From assembly GCA_002633005.1 (NCBI GenBank), contig NMRA01000226.1, positions 251,728 to 315,727 on the forward strand: DNA of 64,000 nt, in the 5' to 3' direction. The DNA is from Phoronis australis. Taxonomy: Eukaryota > Animalia > Phoronida. Positions within the stretch are counted from its first letter, which is position 1. The number at the start of each line of letters is the position of its first letter. Under the pieces are notes generated by a model. The model did not search any database, had not been told where the DNA came from, and saw nothing but the letters and a program-made list of their open reading frames with translations. This document shows, piece by piece, positions 13,856 to 26,380 of the stretch. The position numbers were made by a program, and so were the translations under genes.

Positions 13856-16800
13856 AACACAGTCAGCTGCTAGGCACTCTTCCTGAAACACAAAGCATAA
13901 CATGAGTAAAATTCTCACATGTAAATAGGGTGCAAAGAACCTGGGGGTACTCCTTAGAAGGTGCATACATGATGCGCTTTATTTTCACAGTTAGAATCTT
14001 CACGAAAAGGTGTCTTTCTGAAAGAAGTGTCTACAAAAGGGTTCATTTCCGACAATTTACCATTCACACCAGTCAGTGCTGACTGGTGTATCACCGACCC
14101 TATTACGCTCTGCTCCTTTCCATTTAATCCCTCACACACTAAATAGCAATAGTCGTCAAAGTGACATGAACTTGATGTTTAGCCGGAAATGATACAGAGC
14201 ATAAACCCTTCAGTATGCACCCAGTCCCCTGGGTGGAGAAATAATATTCAGTGCCTGAACTCTCAGCTATAGTCGTCACAGACTTTGCAATCCAGAGAAT
14301 GAGCGCGACGGAGTAAATAATGTGGTTTGAGATCAAATCCAGTATTCAGGACCCAAGAGCACTGCCAGCAGAACCCAGCAGCTCAGTCGAGGTCCTGAAC
14401 CTTTCAATTCACAGGCTACATTCCATTAACACTGATGGAAGATCGTACACAGCATCCCAACCTACTTTAACTCACAGCTGACTGGTCAGAACATACATGT
14501 AAACATGAGACCAGCCACCACTGAGTGGGTCCACTGAAGCAAACGCATGTCTTTCATAGCTCAGCCATAACCACATAATAATCACAGGACATAACTGTCT
14601 CTAACCACTTGACTAATTACACAGCTTGCAATTACCATGATATTGATCATGAATAATGAATAACAAAGACAAAAGGGATTAACTCCAGCCACCAGTTTCC
14701 AATGACAGCATCAGCATACCCAGTGTTCAGCTTCAAGTGTTGTGCAGTTCAGATCCCAGTGTCTGGTGATAGATAATTTCACGGGGTGAAACGAGATACG
14801 TTTTGTTGCATGTGCTGTTTTTTCACAGACTTACTGATGAACAGATTTTATTCATTCCTTTTAGAAAATACATGGATTGCTGCGAAGACAAACATGGAAT
14901 TCAGATGCTTTTATCTATTATTACGATTACTTAGTGGTCTATTTTCTATTACAGGAATGGGGATACTGGTAAAAGACTACAGAAGTTGAGAACACATATT
15001 TCATACTAAAACAAATAAAACTTTTCATAAACAAGTTTGGAGTGAAACATTGTGCTTTCAAAAGTAGTTTAAACCCTGCAAGCTAGTAAATGTTACATGA
15101 TATTCATTTAATAAAAGTTAAAAAACAGAACATATGCATATGAAATGAACGAGTCGAAAATAAACTACAAAGAACAAATGCTCAGTTTCACTATAAACTC
15201 TCTCGCAAATTTTAATTTAATTTCATTTAATTTAACTTTTAAACCTATCTAGTTGAAACAACAGGTGTACATACTATTTATCTACCAAAGATTAAAGTAA
15301 AATACAACCATGCCCAGTTGTCAAGATAACCTGCAATATATCAGCAATGCTAAACTACACAGTCACAGAAAGTTAACTGCTTTCAGGAAGACCTTCCTGT
15401 GTTGAAAGGAGTTATTTTTCATATGACAGTAAGGAAATGTGTCACACAAAAGCATCTGCACCGAAATCTCAAGAGCAGGAAGCTCTCAGATTCACTTTAC
15501 TGACTGAAAGCTAACAGAAGATCACATAAAGCCTGATTCATGAGCTTGAAGAGAAATGTTCAGGATCAAATCCAGCAATGTTAGTTGTATCGTAACATCA
15601 AAGACTGTTCCCTCCGATCACATGTTCCCGAGACTGAGCCACATAACATTGACTGAAATGCATTTGGTCAGTTTAGATTCAATAGTTCAAAATAAAAGGA
15701 AGAAGGTTTAACACCAAACTGATGAAAGAGAAAGTAAGGATACTGACAGGGTTATAAGCACTACTAATAATAGACTAGTGCATCTTGGTTGCAGCAAGGA
15801 GTCTATCGGGTGTCTGCATCTATGTTTAGCAAGAGAGAATCGATCCTTAAATCCCTAGAGCCATTACTCATCCATGACACTACAGAGCTTCCATCACCAT
15901 TACACAATGACACCATATTAGAAAAAAACATTTCCTGATACACCACACCTCATGGAATGTGTCAGCCACTATGTACACAAGGAAGTACAAGGTCACAGGA
16001 AAAAAATAATTTTGCCTTGAACTGTTCGACGATCTTTGACACAATAAGCCAAGATTTCACGCTTCAAAAAGAATTGCAGAAATTGGTATTCTTTCCTTTT
16101 TTAAAAACATCGTCATGGTGATATGAATCGCGAAAGTTTAACCATTTTTGCTATCGATTGCACAGCACAAAACTGAGGCAAAATTTAAATTACTTTAGCG
16201 GAGACAAAATTGATAATTTAATAGTCCTTAAACAGTGTATTTTAGGCACCTGCACTACGGTAAGTCTCCAGCAGCTCTCTGAGATCGTAGCTACTAGTAA
16301 GACCACAGGACACGTTATTGATAAGGCGATGCAGTACAGAGTTAGTAAGAATTCCTTGTGTCCCTCGTTCACATTCAAGTTGAATGCCCATCTCTATATA
16401 CCACAGATCTTAAAATGAATTGTAAGCCAATAAAACAAAACGAAATGTTTTTTTCATTTGGTCGAGTATTACCATTTCATGTGCTCCAAGGCTAAATTGT
16501 AGGTATTTCAAAACTTTACTCTCTGAGGATTACAAAATAGGGCCATCCTAGACCAAACTATGAATTCAGATGCACTACATGTAGTAACAAGGACCAGAGA
16601 CCTGTATCTGGAAGCCACAATTACTGAAGTGACCACAAAGTTTTGTAGTTTTTGTTTGGCACCTTATACAGCTGGGTGACAATGGTAGAAGGCAATACTT
16701 TGAAAGTTATTCTGAAAATGAAAACAGACAATGGGATACTTCAGGAGTTCAGATTTGTATTGAAGTGTAAAGAATGTCAGGCATTCTTTGCTAAGAAAAT

Positions 16801-19800
16801 AAACCACATATTATTTTAAGACCAGTCTTGCTTTGAACACTTATATTGTAGAACCAACTTGATGTTTGGATGCAACGTGATGAGCATTTTGAGAGGGAGA
16901 TAACTTGAAATATGGAAATCCCATCAGCGCGATGTGCGGATGCAAGCAAGGAATTCTTGAGACAATGTGTAGCTCTCAGTGCAAAGTCATCTCATGTGAA
17001 ACTCATCCATGTTCCATAACTAGCAATGAACTCCTCCCAAGCAATACATTTGGATGATTACAATAATATCAAATAACAATGAAAAGGATAATGACAATAG
17101 CAATATTATTATTATCACTATCACTATCATTTTTATTATTACTATATTTAACCAAAATAATAATCATGTTTATAATTCCAATGTTACATACAAATTACGA
17201 AATACTACGTGCGAATGTAATTGTCAGCTAGTACCTGGCGAGTTCATCCTCATTCAGACCGGGACCCAATTTCTAGGGAGAAAGTTGTTTTCACAGCGAA
17301 TGTGGGAAAAATTCTGCCCATGATCTGGATAATGACACCTGACCAAGACACACCAGAACGCCGCACCCTCGGTGCACCTAGTATTTCTAGACCACTGAGC
17401 AGCCTCACAACAATAGATATTGTTACTTCTATCATTAATGAAACTGAAACCAACCAACAAGCCAATCCATTACCATGCTTCAACTGATCAACGTTCAAAG
17501 AAGCCCTATGGTACTGCCATTTGTTTTCGCATTGCTCGATAATGCAAACGGTGAATCTTTGATGACTGATAAACTTTTGGCTTCTCCTGTTATCAAGACA
17601 CTGAATAAAACGCACTACAAACCAAGGAGCAGCATGGTCCTGGCATCTTTAATGACATTTGAGGGGCCTCTTGAAGCAGTGCTATCACTAAAGAGGCACC
17701 CTCATTTTAAATATTACAATAAATAAATAAATAAATTTTAGTCTATTACAAGCTTGGTTTGCAGAGTGTAGTTGGCATAAACATTTGCTGAAGTTCCCAA
17801 TACTTACAAAATGGCAATTAGACATTGAAAAATGAAAAACAACTATTTTGACAATTATTTTTGTGCACAATAAGTGGAGAATTACCATAATTTAAAACAA
17901 ATAAAGTGCTCTGAATATCGCAACAAAAGTTCATACTACACGGTAAGCTCTCAATGGGGATCTATTGAGAACCTGTTACATTTTAAGCTTCAAGTCCCCA
18001 TCTGTGCAGAGGCCCCCAGTAGTGGATGAGCCTCACAATAGTGGAGAGTACACCAGCTGTAGATGGAACCCCTTGTGCCTGATTCCCCTCCCCCATTACA
18101 TTTTAACTCAATTCCGTCAGTTCCTGATCATAAGGGGCTACCATAGCTGGTCAAACGTCAAGCGTGCCAAACGCAGATCTGGTTTAAGCACTTATCTTGA
18201 AGACAAATGAATGTGCTTTTGCACCTCAGAATGGTAAATATGGCTTACCAACGATTTTATATTAGAAAAATTTTATTCACGCACGGAAAACACTACTCCT
18301 AAGAAACTTCTTCCCAGGATTTCTGGACTAAATACCCAACCACGTAAATAGTTATAAAATAACAAAACCAAATTCATGAATCATTATGGCTCCACATAAT
18401 GAAACAATTGGTACATACCGTAATCTCCAACAAATCTACATCCTCTTGGAAATGCTTCAGCCCTCAGAGCAGGACTGAATAAATTCCAGAGCCAAAGACT
18501 AGACAAAAGGGACTTCTGATCTTCTCAATGCAACATCTTGAAATGCCATTTTTCAATAAAGCACCAGAAATTAAATTAAGTACACGAAATAAAATTTAAG
18601 TTGTTTGGAAATTTTTAAAAAAATGATGTGAACAATAAAAATTTTCACAATTTGAAAGTACTGAATTTTGACTGTCATTACATTCTCTCCAGTCAGATCA
18701 ACAAATTTAGTTGATAATTGAGAGTGTACCGTAATACCGCAGTAAAAATTCTCCAGTTTGGGACAGTGAAAAATTAATTATTTTGCTCAAGGTCACAGCT
18801 TGTACCAAGTTTCAGAAACGCGTAAAATTGGCCATGCAAAATTCAAGATTTACAATCAAAAGACAAATTAAATCATTCAACTCGATATTACATTGCGTTA
18901 ACGGCTATTTTCAACGATTTTAAGAATTCTGCCAAGTCTATGTTCAGATACAGAACACAGCACCGGATATTTGAGAAATATGATGAACAGCAAATTACTA
19001 CCTAACCTACGTACCAATCTATAGAATCAAGAAAATCCAATTTCTGCTTGAATTTTGGTCTCCCAAATTTTAGACACTGTCCAAAACTAGAGAATGTTTA
19101 CCGTAATACAAATACTGTTCCCAAAATATTGACAATCAGCTCCTTATACTGAATAATAGGCTGGTGTATTTAGAATCTGCATGATACCCAAAATGTCGGA
19201 CTTGTAGATTTTTCGGACATTGGATGTCATTGCAAACCCCTGTTTGACAAGCTGAAAAATCCTGGGTATGGTGTTAAATGTCTGCGGATTCACTGCATGT
19301 CACTGAACATCTAGACAATTCTGTAGAAGTTCAATGCTAGTCACTGAACATCTAGACAATGTACCTCTGTAGGAATTCAACATATCAACTTCCCTGGTAT
19401 GAGTGAAACTAGTCTCATTCATCACTCAATACATGATCACTATCGATTCCAGGTTCACTGGCCTGGACAAATCAAATTTTGACTGAGAATAAACCCGACA
19501 GCCTTCACTGACATGGCCAGTGGCAATCAAAAGAGAAAACAGGATGCCGACAACATGTCTCAGTAAACACTCACTGACATATCTGTGACGAGAGCACAAG
19601 AAGAGAACCAATGTGATACTTGACATTCCCTCTGTTGAAGCGATCATTACCTTAGAAATGATAGCTGTTCACAATGTTTTACATTTGAGGGATAACGTGA
19701 AAACAGGCTGCACTCATACAGCAGGGTTAATTCCTGCCCACGTTTGAACCTGTGCCATTTGTGCGCACCTGATGATAAAAAGACCACTTTTTTCAAAAAG

Positions 19801-20835
19801 TTAAGTCCACTAGACATAGTACAATCAAAGTGGTAACAAATGAAAGAGAAACTTCAAGGGCAATCAATTTCACATAGAACTCTATATAAAGGTCTCGGTA
19901 TTCAGAAACAGCACTTAATAACTTGTCAGGAAAATTAAGAGTCTGTCCACAACAGGCATAAATACTACTTGGGGCAAGGTAGTATTACTATTATTATTAT
20001 TTTTATCGCAGCTGGAAATGTTTATTCTAGATGGTCGCCTCAATAAATGAACAATTAATAGCTTCAAGGAAGGCACATATAACTCTGTAAAACAAGCTGG
20101 TGATGAGTTGGCCTCCAACCTGTTCTATGGTGAATATGCTTTCAGAGCATAGTGTCACTTATAAGCAATTTGAAACCAGTTCAGAGTGTATGCCTGCCTA
20201 AAGTTAGAGCGTGTCTCTGACTAGAGTGAGAGCTCGCTATTGGACAACAGCTCAGGCTTGCTTCAATTTCAATTTTTCAAAATGGCATCCATGAATGCAG
20301 TTATCGACAAATCAGTGTACACGAACTGCCATTTTCACCAAAAACAAGTTTTTGAAATCCAAAGTTTATAAAATTTTGATAAGTCATAGCAATAAAACCA
20401 CAAGCACGATTGTCTCGGAGCAAACAGAAAACAAAGGAAGTCCCCTATTTTGAAAACCGTATCACTGATTGACTGAATGATACTCGAGATCAAAATCAAA
20501 TTAGTTCTCAACTAAAATCAGGAACTGCATACACATGGCGACAACGATCGTGTACCAACCGAGTCACACAACACTGGTCACAGCACACCAGAGCTGCATG
20601 GTCTGCTACAACACAGCCACACAGCAACCAGGGTCAAACTTACGCTGTGACTGTCCTATCGAGTGTCGTCTTAGATTCGAAAGCGAAGCGTGGAGACGAA
20701 GATGCGACAGCGGCTGGTTCGAAAAATGTTTCTAATATAACAATGAGATTCGTAAATCCAACGAATTCAAATAATTTGACGACTTTCAGTGAGTATGCAT
20801 AGTGATCTCAACATTCAAATGCGCCGATAACATAC

Positions 20836-20935
20836 CTTCAAAACTCTGTGAAACTGTTACAAAGTTGCCTGATAGTATTTCCTGGCGTATTTCCGGGTTT
20901 GTGGTTCAAAATGTTGTATCCCATAATACTACAGC
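20836..20935 (-). promoter_or_regulatory. Probable promoter and non-coding first exon of the CYRI gene
   Basis: Minus-strand donor AAG|GTATG at 20831-20838. An ETS-like ATTTCCGG and a ZNF143/Staf-like TCCCATAATAC lie just upstream (20889-20930) in locally CpG-richer DNA. The ATG exon has its own acceptor (exon starts at 13882), so an upstream exon is needed. Confidence 0.5.
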
Positions 20936-21740
20936 ACCTGTCACATGACTTCTTCAACCAAAAGGTGGCGGCACAGTCAGCATCGTCTGCTGCGGAAAAC
21001 CAACAACGGTAAAAACAACAAGTAAACTAGACTCTCAGAACTTCGTGTGGCAGTCGCCGAAAAGCTTCCGCTGTGTGAAGGCCCCATGGGATGGCCACTG
21101 TCTATACTGCTAGTTGAGATGGTGACAATGTCTACCTGCTTGTCAGCTCAGTATAGCTATTGCCATGGCCCGCCCGTACAGTGTACGGCGTACACTGTCA
21201 CTAGCCTAGACTAGGTCTAGGCCTACGACTTTTGCCAGTCCGTGACCTGGCTGAAACTTTATGTAAAGGCCTGAGAAAATAACGACGTCTCGGTTCTTTC
21301 CTAAACCAGAGAACACGCCTAGTTTGAGTAAGGGGTGATTTTTAGAATTCCAAACGTTTAATGGCCTACATCAAAAATATTTTTCATTTGCACAGAGCTT
21401 GCCAGTGCACCGACCGAGGCTTACAGAAAGCACGCTTTAAGAATTCAACCATAATACCTAAACAGAAGCGAAATGCTTTTGTTTAATTTTTGTCGATTAA
21501 AATAGGCGTGTTAGTTGAAAGAGTTAAAACTTTGTGCTGAAAACAAGTAACTTTTTATCTAGTTTCTATTGCAATTCAAAACCAATCTAAAATGATAAAA
21601 ACAAAGGTTCACGAACTGAAATAAATTTCATAGAACAAACTAACTTTTGAATGAGAGACCACTTACCGGCATGAATTCGGTCTCAGCTGGACCCTTATCA
21701 AATGATAAGAGACTTTTGGCCTTGGGAAAAACTGACAGAT

Positions 21741-21913
21741 CATGCGCGCACCGAGGGGGAGCTCGGGGAGCTCCCCACTTTCACTTGGCGAAGTAGACAA
21801 AAACGTACGTCTAAGACACGAAAACTCTGAAATAAAGCAGAAAACGAGACAAAAGTCCACTAAAAAGAAGGGACAACCCTTCTTCCTAATTTTTAAGGCT
21901 GGGTTCGCGCATG
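21741..21913. mobile_element. CATG-ended MITE (5-bp TSD family)
   Basis: Termini CATGCGCGCACC...GGTTCGCGCATG, flanks CAGAT/CACAT, internal GGGGAGCTC motifs. Confidence 0.65.
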
Positions 21914-22132
21914 CACATCAACCCTTCTCCAGATCAATGTCACTTTGAAATAAAATGACAAGCTGTGACACTTCAACTTGTAGAGCAAGGTATCGAGCAA
22001 CAGCGATCCTTTAAGTTCTTTTTCTTGACATCAGTGGCGGAGCGTGAGGGAAGACAAAAGAAGGGGGCTCCGTCAGACCTGCTATTTTGTACCTTGCACA
22101 CCGTTCCCTTCTTCTAGACCTCTTCCCATGAC

Positions 22133-22289
22133 CTGACACCCGTTCAGTAACGCTAGGACCTCGCTAAAAAGCAAGAGTTCGCGAGATTACGTGAGATATT
22201 GCCGTGTATTTTAAATGAGAACACGTGACTTTGACAAGGTTTTAGCTAGGTCTCAGCTTAGGTTCTAGCGTCTACTGAACGCACGCCAG
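22133..22289. mobile_element. Short degenerate palindromic element
   Basis: CGTTCAGTAACGCTAGGACCT is mirrored by AGGTTCTAGCGTCTACTGAACG. Confidence 0.45.
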
Positions 22290-22674
22290 ATGAAAACTCT
22301 TTACGCCGGCACTAATCAAATGCCCGTGAAAAGTCTCTAATTCTAAAAACATTCACACCAAATTTCGATTATTTACTTCAAAATATTACTATTTCGCGAT
22401 TACTTCAATCAAGCTACTCGTATGAAAACAAAAGCAAAAACTGAAAACAAAATGATCAGTTTAATTATTATATTTGTTTAAGGACAAAGTGAAATGCCAT
22501 TGAACTGATTTTACATTCAACACAGCACTTGTTGAATGGTAATCATTCTCATATTTTTGCAAATTGGATAACATTCAGATCGACGACTTTGCCAATGAGC
22601 GGGAAAGTGCATGGCATCATGGAAGGCAGGGAATAATGTGTAACACAAGTTGGTCCGTCTGTGAACTAAAAAAT

Positions 22675-22766
22675 ATATCCGGAAAGTAGTCCGGGAGGGG
22701 TGAGTAATGATAACGTGCGTGCCAGAAGAATTTTGTTCCCTGGCAGGGCCGAGCCTGCGGAGACAG
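22675..22766 (+). promoter_or_regulatory. Probable promoter and non-coding first exon of the plus-strand gene at 23.9 kb
   Basis: CCGGAAAGTAGTCC (ETS core plus the reverse complement of a GGACTAC ZNF143/THAP11-type motif) is followed by a GC-rich stretch and the donor CAG|GTACA at 22766/22767. Confidence 0.45.
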
Positions 22767-23862
22767 GTACATGTAAATCTATAGGAGGCTTGTTATTAGA
22801 ATGCGGGTAGCAACATTTTTTGAAGCATCAGGACAAGCAGAATATTGAGAATTAGTTCACATTAAAAAAATCGTATCTGAAGTAACGTGTAAGTTATATT
22901 GCAGTGAAAATGTTCATTGTTTTTTTAATTGACTTATTACGTCTCGACCTATTTTTACTTTGGTGACAGCCTTCCAGTGGCCAAGGAGATTTGTTTTATT
23001 ACAACTTGTAACAATTTCTAGAAAGTATTGAAAGTCTATGTGGACAAACATTTACCAGGAAAGGTGTGAAAAATGGCTACAATGTTGCATGAACTATATT
23101 TTTACAGCTTTGTACAAAAATTGTACATGGACTGTCTGAGGAAAGGGATGACCAGTGGCCAGTTGCATGAAACAGTTTCATTAGGGACTCAACTGTGTCA
23201 CCTGAATTTCCTGTGCATATGTGGACTTGGTGCTGAAATTCAGGAAACTTTGCTGTGATATATGGACACTGATTGTCCTTCCTTCAGCTATTTTATCTCC
23301 ACTACTACGTCATGATTTAGCTTTGATACATAGCGAAAATAAACTCTACATTGAATACTTAGTATTACTGAAACTTTTAAAAGACCAGGACCTTTTCATA
23401 GAACATCTCTAGATTCAGAACTGATTCGTTATTTTTCATTGAGATAAGGTTTCAGTTTTCAGATAAACTGTTATATAATTAAAAGAGGAGCTCACAATGA
23501 GGATGTACAGTGATGGGCAATATAACAACATCTAAAATGCAAAGACTGTGTCGTGCAATCGACCACAGATGTCTCAAAACAAAAAAAAAAATTTGTAAAG
23601 AAATTATTTCATATATGTGTCAGTGCTCTTTCTGGAGTCTAATGCATACTTAAGCGTGTAGCAAAAATGTGGTAACTTCATTTTGCACGTTTTTGCTGAA
23701 ATAGCTTTGAAAAATTTAAAAAAGATTTGATTTCCCATCTCAACTAGCCTAGCGGTATTTTTCAATGTTGTAAGCCTTCTCTAAACACCCCAATACCAGT
23801 GTTTAATTAATACGATGTCTATGGTTCATTTTTTGTTGTTGTTTTTGGATCCAGCATTGAGA

Positions 23863-25201
23863 ATGGGCGACAAGATAAAAAGCGTTCATTTTTCATCTCC
23901 ATTGTCCAGCGTTCGTATTTACGAAGACTCCCAAGGCACCCAAAGTACACAGGACGTGGCGGAGATCTCGGCATTTAACGAGATGGACGGAAACGTGCAT
24001 AGTGGCGATGCAAGTAATTCAAAACCTAAACTATTCCGAATGAGTGCGCTTGACCACGATACAATGAACGATCTACTGCTAGATCACAATTTTCCATTCT
24101 CCATTAACCCCAATGTTGGTGTTTCAAGAAGCATCGACAAAGACTGCTGTGAGCTTGATTTGGTGATAACCAATATCTTGTCAAACGCAGCCGCCGCAAC
24201 GTTGGATGGTGTACTTGTCAAGAGCTCATCGGAATTCCGAAATCCATTGGATAGCAGCGGAGGTGAATCAGATGAAAACGCGAGCAGTCAATTCTCCGCT
24301 AATGAAGAAGAAGAATCAGATTTGGCTGTATTTATTAACAGCGTATTGGAAAGCGTGATTACTGGGCTGGAGAAACCACTTGACCTGCTAGAAATTAATA
24401 TTACAACCCACCACGAGAAACGGCAATCAAGTAAGCGTTCTAATACCAAAAGCTGGAATCAAGCAAAGCCCTGCGAAATCGTGAATGGGACCACAGCTGA
24501 GTCAAACATTCAGCCCATTGCTCCGACTCTTTATAACGAAGGACACGGACATAAACGTTGTTATACAAATGATGACGGTTTAACCAAAGAATATTTTAAG
24601 TGTCTTAAAGTCACAGCTCAAGAAAAAGATGAAAGTAACGAGTCTTGGCTGCAGAATGCTGATAGCGAAAAGAGAAAACTTTCACTGGACGACCCTGAAC
24701 TTAGGGAAGTAAAGCGTCAAAAGAAGGAAAGCGAAACCTCGGAAAATTTGGCTGATTTCACAAATACCACCAGCCAAGCATCACGAATGTTGAAAGACCA
24801 TGTCCAGCACACCAAGGCATTGGTCTGCAACACTCTAACGGAGGATAAACGGCCTAACTCACTAGGGGTTGAAATGGTGCAGTTCCGTCAGAAATATGCA
24901 GTCCTGTCTGCTTGCAAGGAATTTCCTGTAATACCGGAAGAAGACGAGCTGGACGGCGACTGTACGTTTGGTCGGAAGCCAGAGGATTTTTCATCTGATT
25001 GCATTGCCGAAGACTGCCATCATTTTGTCAGAGTCCGCCCTGTTGCCGAAAGTACTGGGCATTGTACAGATGAAATTCAGCCTGAAGATGGATACCGCTT
25101 ACAATTGTTCGAGCAAAATTCGCTGGAGACCTCAGCTAAAAGAATGGAGAAAGAATCCTGTTTGACAGCGGACATTCTTTGCACCCAAAATATCGTAAAA
25201 G
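23863..25201 (+). CDS. Uncharacterised acidic, Ser-rich, probably disordered protein (large coding exon)
   Basis: This is the only long ORF in the window (465 codons). A pyrimidine tract and CCAG acceptor end at 23854, ATG is at 23863 (MGDKIKSVHF...), and a strong donor AAAG|GTAAG lies at 25201. A candidate next exon is 27613-27669 (phase 1-1, GGATTDSVIPTPNFLWYQT). No globular domain was recognised. Confidence 0.75.
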
Positions 25202-26133
25202 GTAAGAAATAATAGAATTGTTCAAAATTTACCATACTGTGTGAACCTGTGTGATCAGAACAAAGACTCTGAACGTTGCACTGCCATCCATACTACCACT
25301 GCGAGATTCGTTGACCTAAAGCTGGCCTTTTAGCTCCGTCAACTGATAGCAAAACTTAGATTTAGATCACTAGTTACCGTTATGAAATCGGCCTTATTCC
25401 TACTTACATTAAATGTGATTTCTGGGTGAAGAAACAACGGAAAGTTCGTTATTGTTTGAAACAATGCTCAACAACGCGGCTTAGTTGTCTTGCGGGTCGT
25501 TTTACGCACTGAGAGTGGCCTCAAGCAAAAAAGGAATGTTTGGCATGACCTTATTTTGGCGTCATTATGACGTTTTGGACCCAGTGTTACAGCATGTCTA
25601 TTCTTATTTCCGGGTCCAAATTGCGTCATCTACTGCCTTGACACGCTATCACTAAATAAGAATAAACTGTGAAGCCTAGAAATCAATTTCTCATCCGTCC
25701 AAGTAAAGAACTCAGGTTCAAAACAGCTTTAAATCTGCTTCGATCACATATTACGACTATGATCCGATGAGTTTAGGAAGAAAGAATGGTCACAGCGACT
25801 GGCAGTCGGACGGTTATTGGGATTCACAGTTGGGATTGCCTTCAAATCACCAACTATTGCGATAATCCAATGAAAAATCGCACGATCATGCTAAGGCAAT
25901 ACTCATTTGGCGGGAACGGGCAACTTTTGCTTGACATGTGGCCAAGGCATCAGCGGTGTAGTCTAAGGATTCTATGAGCTTCGAATATTCTGATACTTTA
26001 ACTGTCGGGCTAAAAGTTTTTCGGGGTACCATATTCAAATTTTTGCTCGTGTTTTTTTGAAATCGGAATATTAGAACCGTGAAATATCCGGAATACACAT
26101 GTAGAAATAGGGAATGTAGGGACGATCTGCATG

Positions 26134-26380
26134 CATGCGCGCTCCCAGCCTTCAATTTGGGAGGGCTCGAATTCCCGGCGATGTGGACGTTTTGCTTACA
26201 AAAGAGCAGGCGAACTAAAAAAAAAAAAACGGGAGCACCACTGTGAATCGCGCATTTGGCTTATTTAGTGAAATTTCCCATTTCCTCGGACGTTTTGTCT
26301 CTCGGGGGCGGACCTTTTTTTTTGCCCACTTCGCCAAATGGGGGGCTCGAGCCCCCCGAGCCCCCCTGGGTGCGCGCATG
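26134..26380. mobile_element. CATG-ended MITE (5-bp TSD family)
   Basis: Termini CATGCGCGCTCCCAG...CTGGGTGCGCGCATG, GCATG duplicated on both sides, GAGCCCCCC repeats. Confidence 0.75.

Noticed and set aside
17054-17180. Asn/Ile-rich ORF
   Set aside because: Degenerate AAT/ATC low-complexity tract.
19299-19380. Direct repeat GTCACTGAACATCTAGACAAT (two copies)
   Set aside because: Simple local ~41-bp tandem duplication with no other functional sign.
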